DNA of 64,000 nucleotides, from contig CAZDEE010000002.1 of NCBI GenBank assembly GCA_964504595.1, positions 49,839-113,838 of the forward strand, read 5' to 3'. A program made the position numbers and the translations under genes. Under the pieces are notes generated by a model, which was not told the origin of the DNA, made no database searches, and worked only from the letters and a program-made list of their open reading frames with translations. Origin of the DNA: an uncultured Staphylococcaceae bacterium (GTDB lineage: Bacteria > Bacillota_I > Bacilli_A > RFN20 > CAG-826). Each line of letters opens with the position of its first letter. The stretch's first letter is position 1. Shown in pieces: positions 17,953 to 27,583 of this stretch.

Positions 17953-18939
17953 ATGTCAAAACAAATAAAGAAAAAAACGTTGATAATCGGATCAACATTC
18001 ATGTTACTTTTATTAGGTGTAGGTACGTGGTCGAAGAAGATTATTAATTTACCTACCAGTGGATTAGTTACTGGTGAAAAATCAAAAGGTGTGGAGGTGA
18101 AAAAAATAAGTTCAGGAACAAATGATGAAGGGAAATCGTTTATAACATATTCTTATACTGTTACTCCAGATTATGCGACAAATAAGAATGTTGTCGTTAA
18201 GTCATTAGCGTTTACTGATACTGATGTTGAAGATACACCATCAAATTATGTATTAGTTTCGATTGATAATAGTGCTTCAACTTTTACAGTAGTTCAACTT
18301 TCAGATTTTTCTCATCAATTAACTTTAACTTTAGCAAGCCAAGCAGATACGAGCGTTACTGCAGAAATAACTATTGATTGCAAGCAAAAATGGCTTGGAT
18401 TTACTTCTAAAACAGAGTATACATTCTATAATTCTAGCAACTCATCTACAAGGGATACGACTGATAATCAAATAATTACTCAAAGTAATAAAGGTTATAG
18501 TGAAACTTATACAATCGCTATAGATCATTTACGACCAAGTATTGAAACTAGAAGTACTGTTGCGGCATATGAATGCTATTCGAATTCATTAACGAGTGAT
18601 TTTGTTACAACACAAAATAATATATTAACAACACGTGATAATGAATTAACGATTTTTAAAACATATGCAGAAAAGTATTTAAGAGGAGAACAATTTAGTT
18701 TCAATGACGCAATGCTCTTGAAAAATAATATAAATTCTAAGTGGTCAGATGAAAAGAAATTAAGCATCATGAATTATAAGTATTATGGTTTTTGTGTAGA
18801 AGAGGATATTACTTTAACTCTTTATAGTAAAAAACATACGGTAAGAACAAAAACATATCTTGCTTATTATGTTTCATCATTTAGTCTTGCAATTAATCCA
18901 ACTTCCTTAACTGTTGAGCAAAATCAAATAATCTTTTAG
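17953..18939 (+). CDS. Membrane-anchored/secreted protein of unknown function (paralog A)
   Basis: RBS AAAGGAGG. N-terminal K-rich segment plus a hydrophobic helix. Homologous end to end with the next ORF (shared FTV(V/I)QL.DF, IDCKQKWLGF, YYGF). Confidence 0.8.
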   Translation: MSKQIKKKTLIIGSTFMLLLLGVGTWSKKIINLPTSGLVTGEKSKGVEVKKISSGTNDEGKSFITYSYTVTPDYATNKNVVVKSLAFTDTDVEDTPSNYVLVSIDNSASTFTVVQLSDFSHQLTLTLASQADTSVTAEITIDCKQKWLGFTSKTEYTFYNSSNSSTRDTTDNQIITQSNKGYSETYTIAIDHLRPSIETRSTVAAYECYSNSLTSDFVTTQNNILTTRDNELTIFKTYAEKYLRGEQFSFNDAMLLKNNINSKWSDEKKLSIMNYKYYGFCVEEDITLTLYSKKHTVRTKTYLAYYVSSFSLAINPTSLTVEQNQIIF

Positions 18940-18953
18940 GGTGGATATTGTGT

Positions 18954-19976
18954 ATGGGAAGAGCTAAAAGAAAGTATTTTTCATGCATTGTTTCAATTAT
19001 ATGTACATTTATAATAATTACTTCAATTAGTTTTTTAAAAAATAAGCAAGATGATTTAAAAAATAATCCGGTTACAAATCAGCGGATAGCGGCGATTAAA
19101 AAAGTTTCAAGCGGTCAAAATACTGAAGGCTATCCATATCAAACTTACTCTTTTGAAATTAAGCCATCTGATTCAACATATAAAGATATCAAGGTGAAAT
19201 CGATAAAATATGTAAGTCCTTCATCAGATAGTGATCCGGGAGTAGAAAGTGTTTTAGAGGTTATAATTGATAATGATAATTCTAATTTTACAGTCATTCA
19301 ATTAAAAGACTTTAAAACCGCTATTACGTTAACTTTTTGCAGTGTTGTTAATGAAAATATTGAAGCGTCTTTAAAAATTGATTGTAAACAGAAGTGGTTA
19401 GGATTTAAAGACCCTAACACATATAATCTTTTAAGAGTAATAGATGGTCGGCTCTATGAAAAATATGGGATTAATGATATTTTCAGGTCTCAATTTTATA
19501 TGATAGAGGAGAATTATTCTTCTTTGTATACAATACCTTGTAAAGAATATACATATGCAGATGCTAAAGTTAGCTATTCTTTTAATTCTATTTATGAAAT
19601 GGCGGTTACAAGTGTTGTTGATGAAGAAACATATATTTCTACAAACGTCTATACGGATATTAGAAGAATGAATGTTTATGAAACATCGACAGAAATTGAT
19701 AAAGCAGCATCAAAGTTTATTAATGACAGCTATGGTCTTAGGTATGAAGAGTTTATTGAAGCTTTTAAAGCAGATTATAAAACTTGGAATAGTACACTTA
19801 AAAAAACTGCCTTAGAATCAGATTATTATGGATTTGTAGCTAAAATGGAGGTTACGTATTCAATAGGAGATATTTCAAAAACTTTGCCTTTAAACGCCTA
19901 TATTGCACTTGATGTTAATGATCTTATTGTAGAACCTAAAGAATTAGTGTTGCCTCTTGAATCAATAGTTTTTTAA
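18954..19976 (+). CDS. Membrane-anchored/secreted protein of unknown function (paralog B)
   Basis: ATG at 18954 lies 9 nt after AGGGTGGA. N-terminal TM segment. Shares motifs with paralog A. Confidence 0.8.
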   Translation: MGRAKRKYFSCIVSIICTFIIITSISFLKNKQDDLKNNPVTNQRIAAIKKVSSGQNTEGYPYQTYSFEIKPSDSTYKDIKVKSIKYVSPSSDSDPGVESVLEVIIDNDNSNFTVIQLKDFKTAITLTFCSVVNENIEASLKIDCKQKWLGFKDPNTYNLLRVIDGRLYEKYGINDIFRSQFYMIEENYSSLYTIPCKEYTYADAKVSYSFNSIYEMAVTSVVDEETYISTNVYTDIRRMNVYETSTEIDKAASKFINDSYGLRYEEFIEAFKADYKTWNSTLKKTALESDYYGFVAKMEVTYSIGDISKTLPLNAYIALDVNDLIVEPKELVLPLESIVF

Positions 19977-19996
19977 TAATAAAAACTAATTAAAAG

Positions 19997-20040
19997 ATGA
20001 AGAATATAGATTAGTTGTTAATTTATTTCTTCATTTTTTA
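19997..20040 (+). terminator. Terminator after paralog B
   Basis: ATGAAGAA...TTCTTCAT stem with a 22-nt loop, followed by a T-run. Confidence 0.5.
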
Positions 20041-20154
20041 TTTGATAAAATAATATTATATTCGTAAAGTAAGAAAAAAATTATAAAGCAAATTTAAATT
20101 CTAATATGTTTGAACTAAGAAATTTTTGATGTTAGTACTCTACTTTAAAGGCAT

Positions 20155-20178
20155 AAAAAAAGACCGATATAATCGGAC
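20155..20178 (-). terminator. Terminator of the tRNA operon
   Basis: Minus strand GTCCGAT-tat-ATCGGTC (one mismatch) followed by T7. Confidence 0.65.
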
Positions 20179-20192
20179 AATTTTTTCTTTAA

Positions 20193-20279
20193 TGGTGCCC
20201 GGGGTCGGACTCGAACCGACACGGTATCGCTACCGAGGGATTTTAAGTCCCTTGCGTCTACCTATTTCGCCACCTGGGC
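20193..20279 (-). tRNA. tRNA-Leu (anticodon UAA), CCA encoded
   Basis: Hand-folded cloverleaf. Anticodon arm AGGGA-CUUAAAA-UCCCU, long variable arm, TTCGAGT T-loop, one A:C mismatch in the acceptor stem. Confidence 0.9.
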
Positions 20280-20289
20280 ATATTAAGAA

Positions 20290-20365
20290 TGGTGACCCGT
20301 ACAGGATTCGAACCTGTGACCCCTTGATTAAAAGTCAAGTGCTCTACCAGCTGAGCTAACGGGTC
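20290..20365 (-). tRNA. tRNA-Lys (UUU), CCA encoded
   Basis: Anticodon arm CUUGA-CUUUUAA-UCAAG. Canonical D and T arms. Confidence 0.92.
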
Positions 20366-20371
20366 GATAAA

Positions 20372-20447
20372 TGGCTGGGGTACCTGGGATCGAACCAGGG
20401 AAATGACAGAGTCAAAGTCTGTTGCCTTACCGCTTGGCTATACCCCA
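20372..20447 (-). tRNA. tRNA-Gln (UUG), CCA encoded
   Basis: 5' end TGGGGTATAGCCAAGCGGTAAGGC. Anticodon arm ACAGA-CUUUGAC-UCUGU. Confidence 0.9.
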
Positions 20448-20454
20448 ATTAAGA

Positions 20455-20538
20455 TGGTGGAGGAGGGCGGATTTGAACCACCGAACCCTAAGGAACTGAT
20501 TTACAGTCAGCCGCGTTTGGCCGCTTCGCTACTCCTCC
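20455..20538 (-). tRNA. tRNA-Tyr (GUA), CCA encoded
   Basis: Anticodon loop CUGUAAA and a long variable arm. Confidence 0.9.
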
Positions 20539-20557
20539 AAACAAATGTTTTAGCGAA

Positions 20558-20633
20558 TGGTGGATGTTGACGGGATCGAACCGCCGACCCCCGCCGTGTA
20601 AAGGCGATGCTCTCCCAGCTGAGCTAAACATCC
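20558..20633 (-). tRNA. tRNA-Val (UAC), CCA encoded
   Basis: Anticodon loop UUUACAC. Canonical arms. Confidence 0.9.
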
Positions 20634-20656
20634 ATTTAAACCACGCGTGCTCATAT

Positions 20657-20685
20657 ACTATATCATTGTTGAGGGTGTTAGTCAA
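20657..20685 (-). promoter_or_regulatory. Sigma-A-type promoter of the tRNA operon
   Basis: Minus strand TTGACT-17 nt-TATAGT, preceded by an A/T-rich UP-like tract. About 23 nt upstream of the tRNA-Val 5' end. Confidence 0.7.
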
Positions 20686-20875
20686 TTATTTATTTATTTT
20701 TTTTCAAAAAAATTGTTTTTGGCGTTCTATAGCAGGACGTAATTTTGAAGAAAAAATAGTTTGATAATGACAAATTCCTATATTCAGTTAAATATTGCTT
20801 TAGTTACTAATAGGAATAAGCCCATAATCATAAAGAAAACAATAATTATGGGCTTATAAAATATAACTTAAATTA

Positions 20876-22156
20876 TTAATAACCTTTTTTGCCAAGTAAA
20901 TGGAACATATTCTTTTTATAGATTTCCACACCTGGTTGATTAAATGGATTAATATTTAATAAATAAGCACTCATTGCGCATGCTCTCATAAAGAAATAGA
21001 AAAGATGACCTAATGTAAAAGCATCCATTTTATCAGCGTATATTACGATATTAGGAACTTGTCCATCATTGGCGTGAGCATGTAGTGTTCCTAAAAATGC
21101 TTTTTCATTTACAAATGATAATGATTTACCTTCTAAATAATTAAGTCCATCTAAATCTTCATTATCGTGAGGAACGATAATATCGGATAATGGATTCTTA
21201 ACATAAAGAATTGTCTCAAATAATAATGGTGTACCATCTTGAATATATTGACCCATACTATGTAAATCGGTTGAGAAAGTAACAGAGGCTGGTAATAATC
21301 CTTTTTTATCTTTTCCTTCGGATTCACCGAATAATTGTTTAAACCATTCTCCAATTTGTGTTAATGAAGGTTCATAACTAACAAACATTTCAACTTTTTT
21401 TTCATGGCGATAGAAATAGTCTCTTAATATTGCATATTGATAGCAAATATTATTATTAATATTATCATTACTATAAAGATTTTGAGCTTCAGCAGCCCCT
21501 TTTAACATTTCTTTGACATCGATTCCACTGCAAGCGATTGGAAATAAGCCGACTGCAGTTAAAACTGAATAACGACCTCCAATATTATCAGGTAAGACAT
21601 AAGTAGCATAACCTTCTTGGGTGGCTAATTTCTTTAAAGCGCCTTTTTCTTTATCTGTTGTTGCATAAATGGCCTTTTTAGAGGCTTCTTTGCCAATTTT
21701 AGATTCTAATAATTCTTTTAATAAACGGAATGAAATTGAAGTCTCAGTTGTTGTTCCGGATTTAGAGATAACATTTATAGCAAAGTTTTTATCTTTTAGA
21801 TAATCCATAACTTGAGAAATATATGTTGGTGAGAAAGTTTGACCCATATATATAATTTCAAGTTTATCGTTTTTAAATAAGCCATTTAGAGCTTCAATTG
21901 CCGCTCTTGCACCTAAATATGATCCTCCGATTCCGCAAACAACAAGAACATCAAAGTTGTTACGAACATAGTTTGCATCAGAAATAATTCTTTCTAATTC
22001 ATCTTTATCATAATCGGTAGGCCAAGTTGTCCAACCTAAAAAATCATTTCCCTCTCCAGTTTTTTCTTCAATCATTTTGTGAATTCTTTTAACATCATCT
22101 GCGTATGTGTTAAAGTCTAAGCTAATATTTGTATGTGTTAAGTCTAATTTAATCAT
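20876..22156 (-). CDS. pgi: Glucose-6-phosphate isomerase
   Basis: Firmicute-type PGI of about 427 aa (GIGGSYLGARA, SKSGTTTE, GGRYS). Start set at MIKLDL (22156). Confidence 0.93.
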   Translation of the reverse strand: MIKLDLTHTNISLDFNTYADDVKRIHKMIEEKTGEGNDFLGWTTWPTDYDKDELERIISDANYVRNNFDVLVVCGIGGSYLGARAAIEALNGLFKNDKLEIIYMGQTFSPTYISQVMDYLKDKNFAINVISKSGTTTETSISFRLLKELLESKIGKEASKKAIYATTDKEKGALKKLATQEGYATYVLPDNIGGRYSVLTAVGLFPIACSGIDVKEMLKGAAEAQNLYSNDNINNNICYQYAILRDYFYRHEKKVEMFVSYEPSLTQIGEWFKQLFGESEGKDKKGLLPASVTFSTDLHSMGQYIQDGTPLLFETILYVKNPLSDIIVPHDNEDLDGLNYLEGKSLSFVNEKAFLGTLHAHANDGQVPNIVIYADKMDAFTLGHLFYFFMRACAMSAYLLNINPFNQPGVEIYKKNMFHLLGKKGY

Positions 22157-22542
22157 TTTTTCTTTTCCTCTCTTAAATATGCTTCTTCGATCCATTTTTC
22201 TAAATGATCGGCAAGAATTTGAAATTCTTTTTTATTGTCAATAATTTTAAGTTTTCTTCTTGATGAGACAGGTCTTCTAATAACTTGTCTTTCTCTTTCA
22301 AAAAGTTGTTTTAGTGATAAACGTAGAAAATGATTTTCTTCATCGGTGCCAATGATTTTCACTCGAACATTTTGTCCGATTTGGAAATAATCATTAATAT
22401 CGTGTACAAAATTTGCTGATACTTCTGAAATGTGTACTAATCCATGCTGTCCATTTGGAAATGATATAAAAGCTCCATAAGGTTGAATACCAGTAACCAT
22501 TCCTTCGTGGATTTGTCCGATTTCGTATTCTTTATTTTCCAT
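22153..22542 (-). CDS. S1 RNA-binding domain protein (YugI/GSP13-like)
   Basis: S1 fold motif (G.V..I..YGAF..., GLVHISE). Adjacent to pgi, as yugI is in B. subtilis. Confidence 0.8.
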   Translation of the reverse strand: MENKEYEIGQIHEGMVTGIQPYGAFISFPNGQHGLVHISEVSANFVHDINDYFQIGQNVRVKIIGTDEENHFLRLSLKQLFERERQVIRRPVSSRRKLKIIDNKKEFQILADHLEKWIEEAYLREEKKK

Positions 22543-22543
22543 T

Positions 22544-23587
22544 TTAAAACTCCATAATATTTTTGCCTATAATCTCGGTATTTTTAATTTCTTTATCAAA
22601 TACTTCATAAATATCAGATGTATCTTTAATCGATGTAATTGATAAGATTAATGGCTTTAGAGCGTCGATTACTTCATCGTGATTAATATATTCAGATACG
22701 CTATTAAAGTCATTTACAGAGCTTCTTGTAACACCTTTAAGACAAATTCCTTTTTCTAATATTTTTCTTGTGTTGATATGAATTGGTTCTTCACTAACTC
22801 CCATAAGGATGAGAGTAGAGCCGATAGAAGAGTGATCTATCATTGAATTAATCGCGGATTCTGAACCTCTTCCACCGACACATTCAAACATTATATTAAA
22901 TTCTAATTTTGTTTTTTCCATTTCATCTACGTACATTGTTGTAGCGTCTTTAAACATTTCTAATTTACTGTCTTTTAATCCAACGACTACAACTGGTAAG
23001 TGATATATTTTATTAATGATGATGTAAACCATGTAGGCCATGATACCATCACCCCAAATAGCAATTTTTTTAGACTCAAAATTTGATACACGTCTAATTG
23101 CCGCATTTGCAACACTTAATAATTCTGAAAAAACGGCATAACGGGAGTCAATGTTACTATCATATTTCACAAGGAAGTTAATATTATAGCTAACAAATTC
23201 TCTTAAAAATCCATCGGAAGTTGAACTAGCAAATTTTGCATTTGGACAATAGTTTTGGTCTATCGCATAATCTTGGCATCTTGTTTCTAAACAGGCAATA
23301 CATTTACTTTCGTCTATCAAATTAGGAACAAGGATAACACGATCTCCAACTTTAAATTTGCCGGTTGGGTCTTTTATAATAGTGCCTACAGATTCATGAA
23401 TTGGAGTAAGCGGGTATTTTTTATCTAAAACTTCTTTTGATCTAAGTCCTAAATAATAACGAATATCAGCTTTACAAATAGCGAGTTTATCAATTTTGAC
23501 AACCGCCTCATTTTCTTTAGGCTCTATGTTTTCAATAAACTCTTCGATGAGTTTTGGTTTGACAATTTTAAATGTTGTCGAAAACAT
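22544..23587 (-). CDS. tarJ: Zn-dependent medium-chain dehydrogenase, TarJ-like ribulose-5-phosphate reductase
   Basis: MDR-family pattern (C..D, HE..G). Sits immediately downstream of a tarI-type cytidylyltransferase with a 2-nt gap. Confidence 0.7.
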   Translation of the reverse strand: MFSTTFKIVKPKLIEEFIENIEPKENEAVVKIDKLAICKADIRYYLGLRSKEVLDKKYPLTPIHESVGTIIKDPTGKFKVGDRVILVPNLIDESKCIACLETRCQDYAIDQNYCPNAKFASSTSDGFLREFVSYNINFLVKYDSNIDSRYAVFSELLSVANAAIRRVSNFESKKIAIWGDGIMAYMVYIIINKIYHLPVVVVGLKDSKLEMFKDATTMYVDEMEKTKLEFNIMFECVGGRGSESAINSMIDHSSIGSTLILMGVSEEPIHINTRKILEKGICLKGVTRSSVNDFNSVSEYINHDEVIDALKPLILSITSIKDTSDIYEVFDKEIKNTEIIGKNIMEF

Positions 23588-23589
23588 AT

Positions 23590-24300
23590 TTATTGCACCT
23601 CAGTTCGACCGATTTTAAGCAATGCTTTTAGCATCATTAAATCATCAAAAGTTGTTATTTTAAAATTCAAACGATCTCCTTGGATAAGATGTACTGTTCC
23701 ATTGTTGCGTCTAATTAATTGGCAATCATCACTCGCTTCAAGAATGTTGTTTTTATTCGCATATTCGTGCGCGGCGATTATTAAATCCAATTTAAATGAT
23801 TGAGGTGTTTGACCTAAAAACAATTCTTTTCTAAGTGGAACATCGTCAATTACAATACCATCTTTAGAATGGATAATGGTGTCCGCTGAAGGGATAACGG
23901 TATCAACTGCACCAAATTTTTTTGCTCCTTCAATATTGTCTGATATAATACGATGATTTACTAATGGACGAGCAGAATCGTGAATTAATACAATATCATC
24001 ATCTTTAGCAAACTCTTTTATGCACTTTAAGCCGTTATAAACTGATATTTGGCGGCTATCTCCACCTTCAATAACGTGATGAACTTTTGATAAATCATAT
24101 TGACGAATCCAAACTTTGATATTATCGATATATTCTTTTTTTGTAACAACTACAATTTCATCTATATCAAAATGCATTTCAAACTGTTCAATTGTATGAA
24201 CGACGATAGGCTTATTGTAAATTTCTAAAAATTGTTTTGGAATGGTGTTGTTTCCCATTCTAGTGCCATTACCGGCTGCTAAAACAAGCGCTATATTCAT
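23590..24300 (-). CDS. tarI: IspD/TarI-family cytidylyltransferase (ribitol-5-phosphate cytidylyltransferase)
   Basis: LAAGNGTRMG...PKQF P-loop-like motif. Start at MNIALV (24300), preceded by GGAGG. Confidence 0.8.
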   Translation of the reverse strand: MNIALVLAAGNGTRMGNNTIPKQFLEIYNKPIVVHTIEQFEMHFDIDEIVVVTKKEYIDNIKVWIRQYDLSKVHHVIEGGDSRQISVYNGLKCIKEFAKDDDIVLIHDSARPLVNHRIISDNIEGAKKFGAVDTVIPSADTIIHSKDGIVIDDVPLRKELFLGQTPQSFKLDLIIAAHEYANKNNILEASDDCQLIRRNNGTVHLIQGDRLNFKITTFDDLMMLKALLKIGRTEVQ

Positions 24301-24354
24301 ATTGATTACCTCCGTAAACAATTAGATAATATCACCATTATGAATTAAATACAA

Positions 24355-24378
24355 TAAAAAAGGCTCTTATAGAGCCTT
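24355..24378 (-). terminator. Terminator after the HAD gene
   Basis: Minus strand AAGGCTCT-ata-AGAGCCTT followed by T6. Confidence 0.75.
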
Positions 24379-24379
24379 G

Positions 24380-25219
24380 TTATTTTTCTTTTGTATATAA
24401 CTTTTCTTCTTTTATCGAAAGTTGATTGTTTAAAGAGATTTTTTGAATGATTAATTTGACAACGTTTTCTAAATCACTATTTTTACTATAGTCCGCTAAG
24501 CTGATAAAGTTAACACGTCCATCATCATAGAGACCTTTGACTTTTTCTTTTTTGCCTTCTTGATAAATAGCAATAGAATGACCGCCAGAGTTTTTAACAA
24601 GTAGCATAAATGGAATATCAGTCATTCCATCACCAAAATATATAATATTTGAGGCGTGAATTCGTTTTTCTTCAGTTTTTTCATTAACACTTTCATCATC
24701 TCTAATATCAAAGACACCTTTTGATATTCTAAAGAAGTATTGCGTTTTTGCGGTATAGTTTATTGAGTTTTTCGGCCAAATAGCTTCTCCGTTTTCATCA
24801 TATAAGAATTCACATCCGAAAATTGCTTTAAACTCATTTGCAATTTTACAGCCTTCGATTATTTCCTTGGTTCCTGAAGAAACAATATAGTGTTCAATTA
24901 CAAATCCTAATGCCTCACCAAATTCATTAATTCTTTTAAACCAGGTTTCGATGCCTTTGAAGAAAACAATATCTTTTCCTAATGAATTTAAATAACTTCT
25001 TGTTAAAGGGATGTTTTTTTCTTTGCATTTTTTTACCATCATATACATGTATGATAAGATTCTTTCTACATGATATTTTTCAGATAATTTTGCAGTTTCA
25101 CCCCAGAATTCATCAGGGGTAAGACCTAAGTTTGGTATAAAGCTGTAATTTTGCATATCATCGGTACAAAGAGTTTTATCAAAATCGTAAATCAATGCAA
25201 TAATAGGTTTTTTTGCCAT
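24380..25219 (-). CDS. HAD-superfamily hydrolase
   Basis: DxDxT (DFDKT), later SSG, then K...GDG.TD. RBS AAAGGAGGG. Confidence 0.7.
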   Translation of the reverse strand: MAKKPIIALIYDFDKTLCTDDMQNYSFIPNLGLTPDEFWGETAKLSEKYHVERILSYMYMMVKKCKEKNIPLTRSYLNSLGKDIVFFKGIETWFKRINEFGEALGFVIEHYIVSSGTKEIIEGCKIANEFKAIFGCEFLYDENGEAIWPKNSINYTAKTQYFFRISKGVFDIRDDESVNEKTEEKRIHASNIIYFGDGMTDIPFMLLVKNSGGHSIAIYQEGKKEKVKGLYDDGRVNFISLADYSKNSDLENVVKLIIQKISLNNQLSIKEEKLYTKEK

Positions 25220-25410
25220 ACAACGCCCTCCTTTTATATATTTTATTACAAAATATATAGTCTGTCAAATGTATGTCAATGTCTAAAATTACTAGGTAAT
25301 TATCTTATTTTATTTAATGTAAGCATTTTTATTTGATTTATTTTTTTGTTTTTCTTTTCATTTAGAAAAGACATCGTTATAATTAAGTACGAACATAGGA
25401 GGTATTTAAA

Positions 25411-27006
25411 ATGAAAAAACCAATTATTTTATGTATTTTAGATGGATTCGGATATCGAAAAGAAGAACATGGTAATGCTGTTGTAAAAGCTAAGAAACCT
25501 AATTTAACAGCGTATATGGAAAAATATCCAACAACATTAATTGAAGCATCAGGGATGGCGGTAGGTCTTCCAAAAGGACAAATGGGAAATTCCGAAGTCG
25601 GTCATTTAAATTTAGGCGCAGGACGCATTGTTTATCAATCATTAACATTAATTAACAAAGCTGTTGAAGATGGAACCTTTTTTAACAACAGAAGTTATTT
25701 AAATGCAATTGAACATGTTAAGAAGAATAATTCAAAATTACACATCATGGGACTTATGAGTGATGGTGGAGTTCATAGTCATTTAGAGCATGTTATTGCT
25801 ATGTTAAAGATGGCTAAAGAAAATGGATTAACTAAAGTTTATGTTCACGCATTTATGGATGGACGTGATGTAGATCCTCAAAGTGGCGCTGGATACATTG
25901 AAAAAATAGTTGACGCAATGAAAGAAATCGGAGTCGGTGAACTTGCGGATATTCATGGTCGATATTATGCGATGGATCGTGATAAAAATTTAGATAGAAA
26001 TGATATTTCATATCGTTTAATGGTGGACCACGATGGACCAAGCTTTAAAGATTTTAGACAATTCTTTAAAGATCAATATGCTTATTTACCAACCACTGGA
26101 AAAGATCCAAGTGATGAATTCATAATTCCTCATTATCATGAAGGAGTTGATGGAACAATTGGCGACAATGATTCAGTTATATTTATGAACTTCCGTCCTG
26201 ATAGAGCAATTCAAATTGGAACGATGATTACTAATCCTTATTATTACGAAAATCCTTCTTTAAATGCTGAAGGAAAACCAGCATTTAAAGCTTATGTACC
26301 AGAACATGTTTTAAATAATATATTCTTTGTTAGCACAATGAAATATGCTGATTCTGTAAAAGGTGAAATTGCTTTCTCACTTCCAAAATTAGACAATGTC
26401 TTAGGAGTATATTTAGCAAATAAAGGATATCGTCAATTAAGAATCGCGGAAACAGAAAAATACGCTCATGTTACATTCTTCTTCGATGGAACAGTGAATT
26501 ATGATGGCGTTACTAAACCAGAGTTAAATAATTCTAAAAGAATTTTAGTTAATTCACCTAAAGTTGCAACTTATGATTTACAACCAGAAATGTCTGCGTA
26601 TGAAGTTACTGATAAATTATTAGATGCTTTAAATAATGATAGTTTTGATGTCGTGATTTTAAACTTTGCTAATTGTGATATGGTTGGTCATACCGCAGTT
26701 GGAAATGCTGTTGTTAAAGCGGTTGAAACTGTCGATGAATGCTGTGAAAAAATAATTAAGTGGGTTGAAGAAAATGATGCGGTATTGATGATTACTGCCG
26801 ATCATGGAAATGCTGAAATGATTTTAGATGATGATGATAAACCATTTACCGCGCATACAACCAGTTTGGTTCCATTTTCAATTAATTTACCTGGTGTAAA
26901 TTTAAGAAAAGATGGCAAATTATCAAATATTGCTCCAACAATTATTTCTTTACTTGGAGAGGAAATTCCTTCTGAAATGACAGAACCTAGTATGATTATT
27001 AAATAG
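25411..27006 (+). CDS. gpmI: 2,3-bisphosphoglycerate-independent phosphoglycerate mutase
   Basis: LCILDGFG, MGNSEVGH, ADHGNAE. Confidence 0.93.
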   Translation: MKKPIILCILDGFGYRKEEHGNAVVKAKKPNLTAYMEKYPTTLIEASGMAVGLPKGQMGNSEVGHLNLGAGRIVYQSLTLINKAVEDGTFFNNRSYLNAIEHVKKNNSKLHIMGLMSDGGVHSHLEHVIAMLKMAKENGLTKVYVHAFMDGRDVDPQSGAGYIEKIVDAMKEIGVGELADIHGRYYAMDRDKNLDRNDISYRLMVDHDGPSFKDFRQFFKDQYAYLPTTGKDPSDEFIIPHYHEGVDGTIGDNDSVIFMNFRPDRAIQIGTMITNPYYYENPSLNAEGKPAFKAYVPEHVLNNIFFVSTMKYADSVKGEIAFSLPKLDNVLGVYLANKGYRQLRIAETEKYAHVTFFFDGTVNYDGVTKPELNNSKRILVNSPKVATYDLQPEMSAYEVTDKLLDALNNDSFDVVILNFANCDMVGHTAVGNAVVKAVETVDECCEKIIKWVEENDAVLMITADHGNAEMILDDDDKPFTAHTTSLVPFSINLPGVNLRKDGKLSNIAPTIISLLGEEIPSEMTEPSMIIK

Positions 27007-27049
27007 GGCTTATTAATTCTATTTGTAGTTTTTAAAATTTAAAATATTA

Positions 27050-27084
27050 AAGATGTGAAGCATTAAAACTAGCATCTTTTTTTG
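27050..27084 (+). terminator. Terminator after gpmI
   Basis: AAGATG...CATCTT stem followed by T7. Confidence 0.55.
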
Positions 27085-27319
27085 TTAGTAAGAAAAGACA
27101 TTTAATGGTGATTTAATTGTATTTTTATTAAAAAATAATACAGAAACGCTTTAAAATATAATAATTTGCAATTAAAGCATTTTTATTGATTGAATTTAAA
27201 TGTTAGTAAGAATTTATTTAAAATATTTTTGAAATAATTAAAGACTGAGTTAATTATTGTTAATGAAAAGTTTGTTTTTTAAATACATATAATTTGTGTA
27301 ATTTTAGATATTGGAACAT

Positions 27320-27343
27320 AAAAAAAGCCCGATCAAATCGAGC
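27320..27343 (-). terminator. Terminator after tRNA-Leu(GAG)
   Basis: Minus strand GCTCGAT-ttg-ATCGGGC followed by T7. Confidence 0.7.
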
Positions 27344-27356
27344 ATTTCAAACTTAC

Positions 27357-27440
27357 TGGTGCAGACAATGAGACTTGAACTCACACTGGTCTCCCAATAC
27401 GCCCCTCAAACGTACGCGTCTACCATTCCGCCATGTCTGC
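27357..27440 (-). tRNA. tRNA-Leu (GAG), CCA encoded
   Basis: Acceptor GCAGACA/TGTCTGC. Anticodon loop UUGAGGG. Long variable arm. Confidence 0.88.
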
Positions 27441-27583
27441 AGCGTTAATATTATATCAAATTTTATGGAACTTTCAAGTACGAATAAAAATATTTAGTTT
27501 GTATTCATGAAGTTTTTCAAAATTGACAAGTTACAATTATATATGTATAATTGTCTCAAACTTATAAGAAAGGGTTTTTATTT

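Noticed and set aside
20126-20764. ORFs 20126-20359(+), 20488-20685(-) and 20564-20764(+).
   Set aside because: They lie entirely over the five-tRNA operon and are GC-rich tRNA sequence read as protein. The same applies to 56992-57207, 57248-57457, 60623-60847 and 60634-60816, which lie over or beside tRNA-Ser genes.
27082-27212. 12-nt direct repeat TGTTAGTAAGAA (27082-93 and 27201-12) in the 350-nt AT-rich spacer between gpmI and tRNA-Leu.
   Set aside because: It is a single pair of short repeats in very AT-rich DNA with no further repeat units, so it is not CRISPR-like. Chance is the most likely explanation.
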